DNA of 64,000 nucleotides, from positions 15,252,001 to 15,316,000 of the forward strand of contig NC_047062.1 in the NCBI RefSeq assembly GCF_902459465.1, given 5' to 3'. Position 1 is the stretch's first letter; each line of letters opens with the position of its first letter. Made by a program: the position numbers and the translations under genes. Of the stretch, positions 1 through 11,840 are shown one piece after another. The notes under the pieces were generated by a model that made no database searches, had not been told where the DNA came from, and saw nothing but the letters and a program-made list of their open reading frames with translations. The DNA comes from Asterias rubens. Lineage: Eukaryota.

Positions 1-425
1 AACCTACCTTCAATAAATAGTTTTGACTTAAATATGATATTTAAAAAGGGCCAAAGGGTTCATAAAGATAACATAGCTTAAACAAATTTTTTTTTGCTGA
101 ATACAGAGTTTAAAAGACAAGTATCGCAAAAGTGAATGATTTCATCTACATGCAAAATGGATGTTTTAAGTTACAGTTGAGGAAATACTTAACTTATAAA
201 TGGCAAATTGAAAGTGTAGCCTACTCTATGAGACTAGGCCAACAAATTAAGCTCACTAATGTTTATTTTTATAAATATATAGGATATTATACTTTACTGT
301 AGCTTACTACTGAAATTGCACTTACTGGTTATAACAAAGATGGCTGTGGTAGGGGAATAATGAACTGAATAACTCAAGAAAACTCTGGTGACACACCTTC
401 AATCTATGATGTGTTTATTGATATC

Positions 426-681
426 AGGCCTTGGTGCCCCTTCAAAGATTTCCCACTGACTTTAAGATTTTCCAATGATAGTGCCCCCCTTTGCAAACTG
501 ATATGTTGATTGATATCAGGCCTGGAAATGCATGCAGGCCACGGAGGCCAAGTGGCCTCCAGTGCCCCTTGTCTTGGCCTTGGTGCCCTTTCAAAGGTTT
601 CCAACTGACTTTCAACTTTTCCAATGTACCTTTGCAAACTGAAAATGGCCTTGCCCTTTCGAGAATAAAATTACACGCCTG
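426..681. mobile_element. CAGGCCT-family MITE (517-681) preceded by a partial tandem duplicate
   Basis: GGCCTTGGTGCCC motifs. TG(T/G)TTGATATCAGGCC-type flank repeated near 410-430 and 500-522. TSD degenerate. Confidence 0.6.
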
Positions 682-2608
682 AGATAGAGTAGTAAGATTT
701 GAGGCCATGTTGTTTTGTTGCACTCTGGGATTGGTGATGAAAGGATTAATGTTATTTTAAGTGTGGGCCTACGCAGGTACTTTGAAAAAACTATATTTTG
801 ATTCCACTTGTTTTATGTTATTTACGGAATTACAAACATGTGATACAAACACGGTTAGAAGTATTTAAACATAGGCGTGGCGCCCAAGCTTTATGCTTGG
901 CGCTAATTTACGCGTAATTCAATAAATACACCAGTAATTAATGTTATAAGTGCGCGCGCAGAGCGGTTGACCGTTGCATGCATTTTGACACTTCGCAAAA
1001 TGGAGTATGAGATCGTGACAAGAACTGAAAATTTACAATAAATTTTCGATAGAGTTTTTAACATTGTTACGCTTTTAACAAAAAGGGCATTTATGAATGG
1101 GAATAAAAAGTGGTGACTCTGTCTTAAACATTCGTTTAAAACCATGCAGGGTCATAGCTGTGTGATAAAGGATGGAGCCTTTGAGCCTTTGGCTCTGTCC
1201 TTTATCGCATTCCTTTATCCTACAGCCATGGCACAAGGCCACGACCCTAACGGTTTTAAATTAATGTTCTAGACCTTGTACCATTCTTTCGCTTAGTGTT
1301 GTTAACAAACATTGAACAACTTCTTTATGGGGGTGTCGGGGCCTGACCGTCAATCACACGAGGGCCGATTCCACAAAGAGCTGAGATGGATTTTAACTGC
1401 AAATCAATCATAGTTGCTAAGTAAAGTGTGATGTCACAATACAAATTACTATGGCAATACTGGAAATTTGTCTTGCGATGAACTTTTATTGCTTTGTGAA
1501 ATTAACCCCTGGACTCAAACTCTTGAGTTTCTGATCTGTTGAGTGCAGGTTCAAGTCCCGTATTGACCCTTAAGGAAGACACTTAACCATTTAATTGCAT
1601 CTTCCTTTGGGACATAAAGCCGTAGGTCCCATGAGTTGTCTATTTAAACTGTACACTTATTGATGAGAAGGGGTTCAACCCAGTGTGTTTTGACATGGTT
1701 GGCTGCAGATTGCGTTACATATAACAAGTTGTAAACCAAGCAAACCTTGCAAATACAAGGTGCTTAGTAATTAAATGGGTCTTGTAATAAAAAAGAAAAG
1801 AGTGCTTTGAGTTACCCAATGGTATGATAAAGCATTTAAACCGCGCATTACTATTATTATACTGCACTGGTTTTGGATATTGTGACAAAATGACAACAAA
1901 CAATGCTTGAATACTCCTAACTTCAAAATACAAAAATAGAACACTAGGCCTATATTAAGCTGTCAACATGCAACAGGGCATCTCATGCTTTTCACACTAT
2001 CCACTTTTCCTTCACACAAATTTCCTGAGTTTTGTGAAAGGCTCAACAATGGACACACACAAAACACTTGAAGAAGCCGTGCTCATTCAAAGTCTCCACA
2101 TGATCAACTCATAGTTCGTTCACTTCAATCATGATTATCAACCGTCTCAAGGGTATGAAAGATTCCTTTGGCAAGATGTGATGCTACAGTCTGAAAAACC
2201 ACATGTTGTTTTGATTGTTCTGTTAGTTGAACTTTGACCTCTCATCACTTCCAGACATCACACAATTAGTGTCAATGAAACTTTGGTCACTTTATATAAA
2301 TAGCTTCATGCAGATGAGCAGTACAATCTTGCACAATAATTGTCCATTTTAAATGGTTAAATCTATTTGTTCACTTGCACTACTGCCCGGCAAAAATTTT
2401 GGCAACACTTCTTAAACAGTCTGAGTGAAGGCCAGGGTTATGAACCTCATCAACTTTAAAGACAGTTTTAACAACACTGAACTTCCAACAATGAAGGAAG
2501 ATTATAAACTGACACTTTGTAAATGCCTCAAATGTACTTTGGTTATCTGTTGATTTGGCTCATTTTGTTCTCTGTAGATGTAAGCTTTTCTTTTCCGGAG
2601 TAAATCCG

Positions 2609-5600
2609 TCACTGTAATGGTTTGATCATGACCTGTAGGATGGCGTTATCATTCACCAGGAAGCGAGAGTTCGGTGCTGACAACTCGTCCACCGATACTT
2701 TTTTATCCAGATCCGAGTCGGCTGTGTATCGTGATTTTGTAAAGTTCTTTTTTCCTGAGACGGATACCAGCACATTTTCACTATTCACCATTGAGATCAT
2801 GTATTCCATTGGCCGCGGCAAATCCAAGACAACATTTGAGTAGAGAACCACTCGGAAGTCCTCATTATTTGTGGACGAACCCTTGGGGTAAATCTTCAAC
2901 TCCCAGTCCCAGCTGGTGTGTGGGTATGAAGATGATCGTGTTGAAAACCGCGGCATGAATTCAGTGAGTCTCCCAAAGCACGAGTATCCAGATAGAACGA
3001 TACGTTTGTCCCAGCGTAGGTCAGTGTAATTCCGCAGTAGAAAGTTTGAGGCTGTGAAATCTTTGTTGTTGCATCGGGCCTCCAGGGAGATGGCATTGTA
3101 CTTGTAGGCCTGCAACAGGTAAGGGATGAACAGACCAGGATGGAGCTCTACCATGCGATGATGCTCAAGTTGCTCCAACTGCTCCGAAGTCATCATCGGG
3201 AAGCGGATGTAACTGATCATCTGTTGGAGAAACTCCTTCTGCTTACTCTGTCGTTCAGGGTGTTTTGGAGATTCTATCCACTTGACGAGAGCTCTGAACA
3301 AAGTCAACTCATTCCTGATGGTCAGATCTGAGCTCTTCAAGAACTGAATCAACTGCTCTGTGTCAAGGGCCAACCACTCTAGGTTCCACTCAGGTAGGGA
3401 CATTATGTCATCAGCTTTAGGTGAGAGAGCTGCAATACAAGACGAGATCAAACAGTGGTGGTAGCATTTTGTGGCATACTGATACCACACATGAAACACA
3501 TCCTTCAGTGGTAGCTTTGGGATGATACTTTTGGTGGCAAAGTTGACGCACACCTGGCGCAGGTCACCTACGTTGTACTTATCTGCAAGCATGAGGATGG
3601 GGAGGGTGTTCTCAACAGTAAGAACAATGTGACAGCTGTATAGAAACTTGAGAAAGGCTGGAAAGACATCACAGCATTCTGGCTCCTCTATTAACTCAAC
3701 TTCCTAAAAAGTACACACAAGAAAAGACAAGTGTTATTAGAGTCTTTGCATACTGGTTGAAATTGGCATTTTACTTAAAATATCATTCAATAAATAGTCC
3801 TTTTTTGAAACTATGTATTGATCTTGGGCTCCCCCCAACTGTGGTCCCGCTCAACTGCAGAGAAAAATCTTGCTGAACAGATTATATAATAAAAAAAATG
3901 CTTGAGACTAGTTCCCTGCTTAATGTTTTGCTAACTCTAGTAATAGAATTATTTATCAATGTTTTTTCAAAACATGGCCAAAATTCAGTAGGTTCCTAGC
4001 AGGAAACCAGTCACAAATGGTGCATTATGACAAAAGTTTTTGCTATGGGAAGCAACATTGTTTCGTGCTTATTGGTAAAATGCCAAACTGATGACACAGC
4101 AGAATAAAAATCTATATCCTCTTCCCAACTCAGCACTCCTGCAATCAAGCCCACAAATTCCACGGTTCTTTCCACCAAGAAAATCATCCCAATAATTTAA
4201 GCTCGGTCATGGGATGATGTTAGTTATCATTGTTGGTACAGAGCCAAACCTATGACACAGTAGAATAAAAACCCATGCACCTTCACATGCCTCCAGCATC
4301 AATCCCCACAGTGGACTCCAGTTAACGTCTTAACCGTTTCATGGTTTACTCAACCAGGCAAGTCAGGCAAGAATCCAGAAGGAAGGGATTGGTTTTTAAA
4401 ACACTTTGTGATTGGTTAAGATACGTCTTATTTTTTCTAGAATGCTGAGCGAGGAATTATAACCATAGCAACTGATGCACAATACCCATATCAACCACTG
4501 TAATATACCCGTAGCAACCGCAGGTTCATAGTACAGGCCTCAAATTTCCCCGGCGGCCACGACGGCCATGGCCGCCGGTGCCCTGCTTACTGGCCGTGGT
4601 GCCCCGAGAAAATCGGACATTTTCGCGGCCAAAAAGGCCGTGCCCTTTTTCTCCGATGGCCGCCGTGCCCTTTTTGAGATCAAAATTTATGTTTTGATAC
4701 ACCATCCGCCGTCTGTGTGCACATAAAATCAAACACTTACATGTACATTCTATATTAATACACGCACACAGAGCGCGGTCGGTTGAATGCTCATCACACG
4801 GAATTTAAACGGACGGCAGCATATCCATGCAGTGCATGTGTGTGTGCACGATGCAGAACGAACGACAGACGTGCATCCATAGACATTGTGTACTCGAAGT
4901 TTATACACGGGCCGGATGTACTTGCAACGACCATTTGAGAACAATCGCACTGGTACTCATCTTGCAACACGCGTACCCACGCAAGGTTGTCCATGATGGG
5001 TACCAGCTAATCACAATTTCGGTTCCATTCGAGGTTGGGCGTCCGCCTATTCCACTGGTATTGTGCTTGTTCACTGGTACTCGTACATGTTTGTGCACGT
5101 GGGCCATGTTACGTAAATCACGCATCATGTACATGTACATGAAAGGTACATGTACACGTATGGTACATGTATGTCCGTTGAATAAATCTCCGCTCTGCAT
5201 GCACACAGTCAAGTGACAGTTCATTGTTTACGTCTGGCCATCGCAACAAAAAATGGATGCACACTTTTACTTCCCATTAATCAATAACATTAAATACATT
5301 TAAAAATACTTGATGTTTTTTTGTTAAAGGAAAGCAAAAGTAATGAAATGGTTCATTAAAATAGCCTTCATGGACCTGAACAGAAATTGTTTCATGATCT
5401 TTATTTTTTATGGCCTTGATGCCCTTTTTGAAATTTTAAGTTGGCCTTGGTGCCCTACCCCATGGCCTTGGTGCCCTTACAAAATTTGACAAATTCAAGG
5501 CCAAAGTGGCCTTGCCCTAAAAATCGGGAAATTTGAGGCCTGATAGTAACTAAATTTCTTTTTTTGGGCGGAGGGAAAATAGAACGCTCAGGGGATCATC

Positions 5601-8600
5601 GAGAGAGTCATAATAACCACAGTACTTTAAATATCGAAGCAGTCTGCCACACCAGAAAAGAAACCATCCTCCCTCAAGTTCATCCTGGCTCCGACTATTT
5701 ATCAAACTCCTCATTGCTAGGGAATTCAACAGGAGTCAACACACAGGAAGAGAGGTTAAATACGTTGGGTTCTTTATCAGTCAGCAGTACAAAACCGATT
5801 TGTTATGATTCACTCACATAAATAGGTCAACCTCACAAGGTCAGGTATGCTGAGATCCACTGGGAAATAAACATTGCAGGCTTTGAACTATGTACAATGT
5901 AAAAGAAATTCCCGCATCAATACTTGTGTACTTCAGGGCTACAATTTAACTCTGCGCCACAGGCCCAAGGACAGTAGTTTTAAGTGCCAGGCCAGTGAAC
6001 TCACGACCGGATAAGTTTGGCAGTCTTGTGTTTTCCAATATCACACGTGTCTTTGAACAAGAACAAATCAAGTTCAAATGTTGACTTTGAGTCTGGTACA
6101 ATACCTTTTAATTTTTCTATTGATTAATGGTGCAAACGCTGTTCTTCCTTATCACTCGACTATCCTAATTCCCACTCTATCCTCACACTAAATAATACAT
6201 GACACACCGATTGTGACCTTAACTATTCTTATTGACATGATTAATGGCTTCTAGAGTGAACGCCCTCTATCAGCGATATAGTAGTGCCATAGTGTTGAGT
6301 CACTAGCATCAACGAAGAACGTCTTGTTCCAAGACTAGTGCATCAAGTCAGATGTGGACCATGACTGTTTTTTCAAAAAACAATAAGAAATGACTATGCT
6401 ACTAGTAACACAAGTTAAAAACAGATCCTTGTAAAAACATGTGGAGTATAATTATTGGCTTAAGGCCAGCCCAATGATGCAGTCAGAAATGGGACGGCAA
6501 TCATAGCCAGCTGTTAGAAATGTTATCACTGCTGAACGTGCAACGGGCTGCAAATTGTATTTGCCCTTTTGAGATCTTGGCGTTTCTCCTTTCTGGCGAC
6601 GTCAAATTTTAAATTGACGAGTACAAATATTCAACATCATCAGACATCTGACATTCTCACAAACGGACGATAATAAATACAAAGGAATGAAACAAAATAA
6701 AAAAAGACAATTAATTTTAAGTGAATAGTTATATGTTACCCACTACTCAGACATCTGATATTTTGAAATCTAAATTATCATCTTCCTTGAACTGTTTGTC
6801 CCTAAATTATATTCCCCCATGAAATAACCATAATGATTCGATCGTCTTAATGTATGAGATGTCAGGCATGATATTTGGTTCTTGAAAAAAAGTTGGTATA
6901 ATTTTATCGAGTACAAGGGCTGACAATGTACACACCATACAAGTACACAATTGCGCAGATTTTTTCAAAAAATGGTTTTTTTTTTCGGAAAAAAAAAAAG
7001 AAAAAAAAAGGAGTATCGGGCCTGAGATGTACTAATTTATTTTTCTTTGAGGAGTTGAATCTGAACGATTAACGACGTCAGATCTTCTTCCAGAGCAACA
7101 ATAACATGAGTCACTGGAGTTTCTTTGAATCAGATACAAGTATAGCAACGTGACATTTCAAAGTTGGCATGACTTGCGTGTTTCAATATGATGACCAACT
7201 CCAAGTAAATGCAACCTTTCCTTAGCTTTAAAGTCCTTAATTATTTCTCCAGTTGGTCGAGTTACAGCACAAGTTGCAAGTGAGCTACAATTTACATACA
7301 GGAGGAAATCTTCCATGCCCTTATGTACATCAATTAAAGGGAATGACCATCCTGCCACAGAATGTTATAAAAAATGTTCTATAATCTGTGTGTTGGAGTT
7401 AAATACCAACTCAATTTCTCTCCAACATGGCCATGCATAAAATTGTACATGTGCCCCCCCCCCCTTTAAAAAAAAAAAATCTGCCACCAATTGTGCCATT
7501 GTTTTTTTTGCTTTTTTTAATGTTACAAATCATAAAATGTCTTTTTTTTTATTTAATTTTTTTTTTTAACTGTATGGTGTTTTATTTAAAGACCTTTTAA
7601 ATGCAGGATAACAAACAATTGTTAAATTGTTTTACAAAGATGTCTGCTCACTTAAATCTCATTTGAAGTTTCACATTACATAATTGAAGCTTATGTAGTT
7701 GTCACATCTCCCATTTCCCCATAACACATTCACTAGCCAAATGATTGAAAGACGATGGAAGAGAAATTTGACCTAACTTGATTGTTCTTTTCATGTAAGA
7801 TTGCTGAATTATCTTGACATTTTCATATACCATAAATCTTGGTTCACCAGGTGAATTTCAAGTTATTTGCATGCAGTAAGACGTGCACTGGCCATAGGCC
7901 TATGTCTTTACGCACATTTTGACTCCCAAAATGGCAGACAGTAGCCGTGTGTGATATTATTATCAGGGGTCAATAGACACAACATCACGCATGTATCAGT
8001 CTATAATTTAACATGATTAAGGAAAAGAATAAGATTGATATAAAACTCATCAGGGCCCAATTTCATAGAGCTGCTAAGCACACAAATATGCTTAGCATGA
8101 AATTGTTGCCTTGATAAAAAAAGATTACCAAACAAATTTCCACATGATTTTCAGGATATAAGCAAACAATAGTTGAACACCAGTAATAAGCGATATGCAA
8201 GAAATGGAAATTTGGTTGGTAATCCTGTTTTTTTCAAGGAAGAAATTTCATGCTAAGTAAATTTTAGTGCTTCGCATCTCTATGAAATTGGGCCCAAAAG
8301 CCTGTAAGCACAAGAACTCGCTAAACACAGAATTGCTTAGCAGAATCAGGTTACCAGCCCAAATTACATTAAGTTTGCATTGTTGTGGCTGGTGCATGAC
8401 TCAATTTTTGCTTCAAACAAAGAAATTTGTCAAGCAGTATTTTCTGCTTTTAAACAGCTTTATGAAATTGGTGAATAAAATAATCAACAGGAAGTGGCAA
8501 TAAAGAAACACGCTGACAAACAAAGGCATGGGCACTACAGGAGGAAGAAATTAATACAGTTGACTCTGAATACTGACAGGTGATAAACTTAAAGGCAGTG

Positions 8601-9590
8601 GACACTATTGGTAATTACTCAAAATAATAGTTAGCACAAAAAATTACTTGTTAGCGATCAGCAGAGAGAGATGTTAATAGTATAAAACATTGTGAGAAAC
8701 GGCTCCCTCTGAAGTAATGTAGTTTTCGAGAAAGAAGTTATTTTCCACTCAAATATTTGAATTTGATTTAGAGACCTAAGAATTAGATTTCGAGGTCTCG
8801 AAATCAAGCATCTGAAAGCACACAACTTCGTGTGACAAGGGTGTTTTTTCTTTCATTATTATCTCGCAACTTCGGCGACCAATTGAGCTCAAATATTCAC
8901 AGGTTTGTTATTTTACGCATATGTTTAAGATACACCAAGTAAGAAGACTGGTCTAAGACAATTACCAAAGGTGTCAAGTGTCTTTAAGGTTATCAATGAA
9001 TCTCAGGGTTTGCCCTAAACCTTTTTACTGACTGGCCAGAAGTAGTTGATCACCCTTTTCACCCGTTCATCTTTCTAGAAATGACTGGTACAAGTCACAG
9101 CAATGCTAACTATATTTTTTTTTGCTCACAGTTACCTATTTTTGCTTAGCAATACTTTATTGTGCTTAGTAAGTTTTTGTGCTTACAGGCTTAAGAAATA
9201 ATGTGCACTGGTCATACATGTATTGAACATGAATGTGGGACTTACTGCTTTACTGGGATCTGTCCACTCCTTGCTGAACATTCTCTCAAACACCTCACTG
9301 GATCGTACTAAGATGAGTTTATGAGCGCTGTAACACTCAAACCCAACCCTGAGCTTAATATCACTCAGTAGACCACTGTTGAAGAAACGGGCCATGTCCC
9401 CTAAAGTGTGTCGCTCGTCACCGAAGCAATCTTTTCCACTTGGCGGTAAGCTGTCATCCACATCGTCCTCTTCCTTGGCAGATACGGTGATAGGGGGCTG
9501 GAGCTGGCTGGCTGCTGCCAGGTAGAGGGCTTGGATTGGGGGAATGTCGTTCGGCGCTGCACCCCCACCTGCTGGACCGGCTTGCATCAT
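2609..9590 (-). CDS. BTB/POZ-BACK domain protein with MATH/TRAF-like C-terminal domain (BTBD17-like family), about 479 aa
   Basis: Two coding exons, 9590-9246 and 3703-2609, joined in phase 0 by a GT(AAGT)...AG intron. BTB motif SDIKLRVG...YSAHKLILVRSSEVFERMF...FPAFLKFLY...LPILMLADKYNVGDLRQVC, BACK motif LDTEQLIQFLKSSDLTIRNELTLFRALVKW...IRFPMM, C-terminal WELKIYPKG...FLVNDNAILQV. The ATG exon has an acceptor at 9618-9619, so an upstream exon exists. Confidence 0.9.
4534..5542. mobile_element. Non-autonomous DNA transposon with CAGGCCT termini and 6-bp TSD
   Basis: Termini CAGGCCTCAAATTT...AAATTTGAGGCCTG, subterminal GGCC(T/G)TGGTGCCC motifs, flanked by ATAGTA on both sides. Confidence 0.85.
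6863..7024. mobile_element. CAGG-ended MITE with 6-bp TSD
   Basis: CAGGCATGATATTTGG...GGGCCTG flanked by AGATGT on both sides. Related to 40311-40475. Confidence 0.75.
8051..8470. mobile_element. Composite GGGCCCAATTTCATA-type MITE(s)
   Basis: GGGCCCAATTTCATAGAG...CTCTATGAAATTGGGCCC inverted ends. Related pieces at about 9090-9190, 27680-27862 and 53538-53645. Confidence 0.7.
8593..8983. mobile_element. TTAA-flanked MITE family A (Kolobok-like, AGGCAGTGGACAC TIR)
   Basis: TTAA on both sides, about 20-bp TIR GGACACTATTGGTAATT. The same body occurs in the other family A copies listed and at about 35601-35951 and 50730-50965 (partial). Confidence 0.85.
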
Positions 9591-11475
9591 TCTGTATCCC
9601 TGGGTTCGAGGATCTGCCTAGATATGCAAAACAAAAAATTATTTTATGAAATTATTAGTGACAAGTTTGTAAAACATTTTCAACCTGTGTATGACTAACA
9701 GCCCGCTCCAGCTTGGGCTTTGTAAGTTATTATGAAAGCACGCTATTTTGGTATCAGGCCTCACGTAGCCAGACGGAGTTTAGGCCAAATCCAAAGCCGA
9801 AGCTGTAGTTTCAAAAAAGGGTCTAAGTTTGAATGAAAGACTTCACAGACTTTATGCTTCAACAGAACAAAAAAAGAGAACAAAAGTAAGAAATATTTTG
9901 AAGTACAACCATAGGTGAAGGGTACAGCCTTTTTCTCTTTTAAACAATTTTTCAATACAACATTGTTACAAGCATCTTATTTTTATTCAAAGGGGAGAAA
10001 AGTACACTTAAAATTCTGCTTTTCAATATTAAAAATACCACATAAACAATCCTAAAGGGTACATATGGGCAGTTGGGATATTATAATAAGTTTTATAATA
10101 AGTAGTGGTTAACCAATAGCCTAAAAGCTTGTCCTTATGAACCCATAGCAGGGTTCAAGCCCAACTCAAAACATGTGCCTAATTTTCTTATTTGTTCACC
10201 TCAAATTGGTTGACTGCTTCAGCAAACAAAGACTTTCTAAAGACCTCAATAAGTGTGTCTGGACAAAGTATACTCAGGCTAGAACTTGGACCCCAAAACC
10301 TTCTACAAAATCCTAGCAAGGCCAAAACACAAAACAAGCTTTCACCAAAAAATAATAGGAAAACAAGTTACTTAAATGAGCAAAACATTTAATGAACTGT
10401 GAATGTAAAGGCATTCATTCATTACACTAAATATTTGAAGGTTAAAGAAAAAAAATACAAAAACTGGCCTTCAGTGGTTGCATTGCTCGCCAAATATTGT
10501 GAGTCATTTCTATTTCTACTAACCACAACTTTCAAGCTCATGTACTATTTATACAAGAGAGTCAACTTACATCAAAAGTGTTCCCACACTGGTGTTATGC
10601 TACCATTGTCATCAATACAAACCAATTATCAACTATCAACTTGTATTTAAGTAATATTAAAATTTTGGGCTAAACAAAGAAAAATTGACTAGAGGGGATT
10701 TGAACCAGAAATATTTGTCACCTAAAAGGTGCCAAAGGTTTTGACAAAGATGTAAAACAATCACTTTTGATCTTGCAAGCTTTAAATCTGAATTCAGTGA
10801 AAATACTGATTGGGAGGGGGGGGGGGGGAAGCTATTTTTCAATGACTCCAATGACTGATGACTAGAAGCCGAAACTTTCACAGATTTGTTATCTCAAATA
10901 TATGTTGGATCTCAGAAAGTGCGGATAGTGGTTTGTTTTTACAAATAACCAATGTTGGCCAATCAGCTTTAAGGCATGCATACTTTGGTTCACTTCCACT
11001 GGACAATTTTACCCTTGGTATAATACTCACCTCTTCAACATTTAGCTTAGCTATACCGTCTGCATTTTCCTTCCTCCATGGCCAGACTACATACATGTAC
11101 AGGGGCATGCTTTCGTTCTCATAAAAAGTATTATTATGGTGCCTGCGGTTATTGTAAACAGTAAACACAGACAGAATACACACATCGGACAAAGCCTGCC
11201 TGGCAACAATAAAGGTCGTAACCCTGAACTTTTTTTCTTCCAAGTGGCAAATGTTTTGCATGAAATTGTTTTCAGAGAAAGACAATGTTGATTTGAAACT
11301 AGGAGTTGCAAGTATTTTTTTATAGAAAATCAATTCAACAACAAATGTTTTCAAGGCAAAACATGCAACCTACACGATGTGAAGTGTTTTTGAAGTGCTT
11401 GCTCTCTTGCTCTATGGATGTACAAATGTACATACAATACAGTTCCACACACAGTAAAGCTAGCAGTACAATTAA

Positions 11476-11840
11476 AGCCATTGGACACTTTCGGTAAACA
11501 GTATTGTCCAAAGGCCCACACTTCGTGTATCACAACTTATATATAAAATAACAAACCTGTGAAAATTTAGGCTCAATCGGTCATCGGAGTCGGGAGAAAA
11601 TAACGGGAAAACCCACCCTTGTTTCCGCACGTTGCGCCGTGTAATGACATGTGTTCAAAATAAATCCGAAATTCTCGACGACGAGAATTGATAATTGTTT
11701 TAACGTTTTCTCAAAAAGTAAAGCATTTCATGGAATAATATTTCAAGAGAAGTCTTTCACCATTACCTTCTATAAACCCTGTAAGTTATTTGTAAATCTG
11801 TGAACTTTTTTTTTTTCTGTTCCGAAAGTGTATAATGGCT
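11476..11840. mobile_element. TTAA-flanked MITE family B (AGCCATTGGAC TIR)
   Basis: TTAA|AGCCATTGG...AATGGCT|TTAA. Copies at 22243-22606 and 30382-31115. Confidence 0.85.

Noticed and set aside
4827-5224. Overlapping 129-aa and 107-aa ORFs
   Set aside because: They lie inside the TIR-bounded element, have low-complexity C/M/H-rich translations and show no recognisable domain.
10853-10880. Hammerhead-like CTGATGA-CTAGAAGCC-GAAAC
   Set aside because: No stem II pairing and no convincing stems I or III. At most a decayed relic.
10878-11354. 158-aa minus ORF
   Set aside because: No recognisable motif or splice fit, and it lies in repeat-derived intron sequence.
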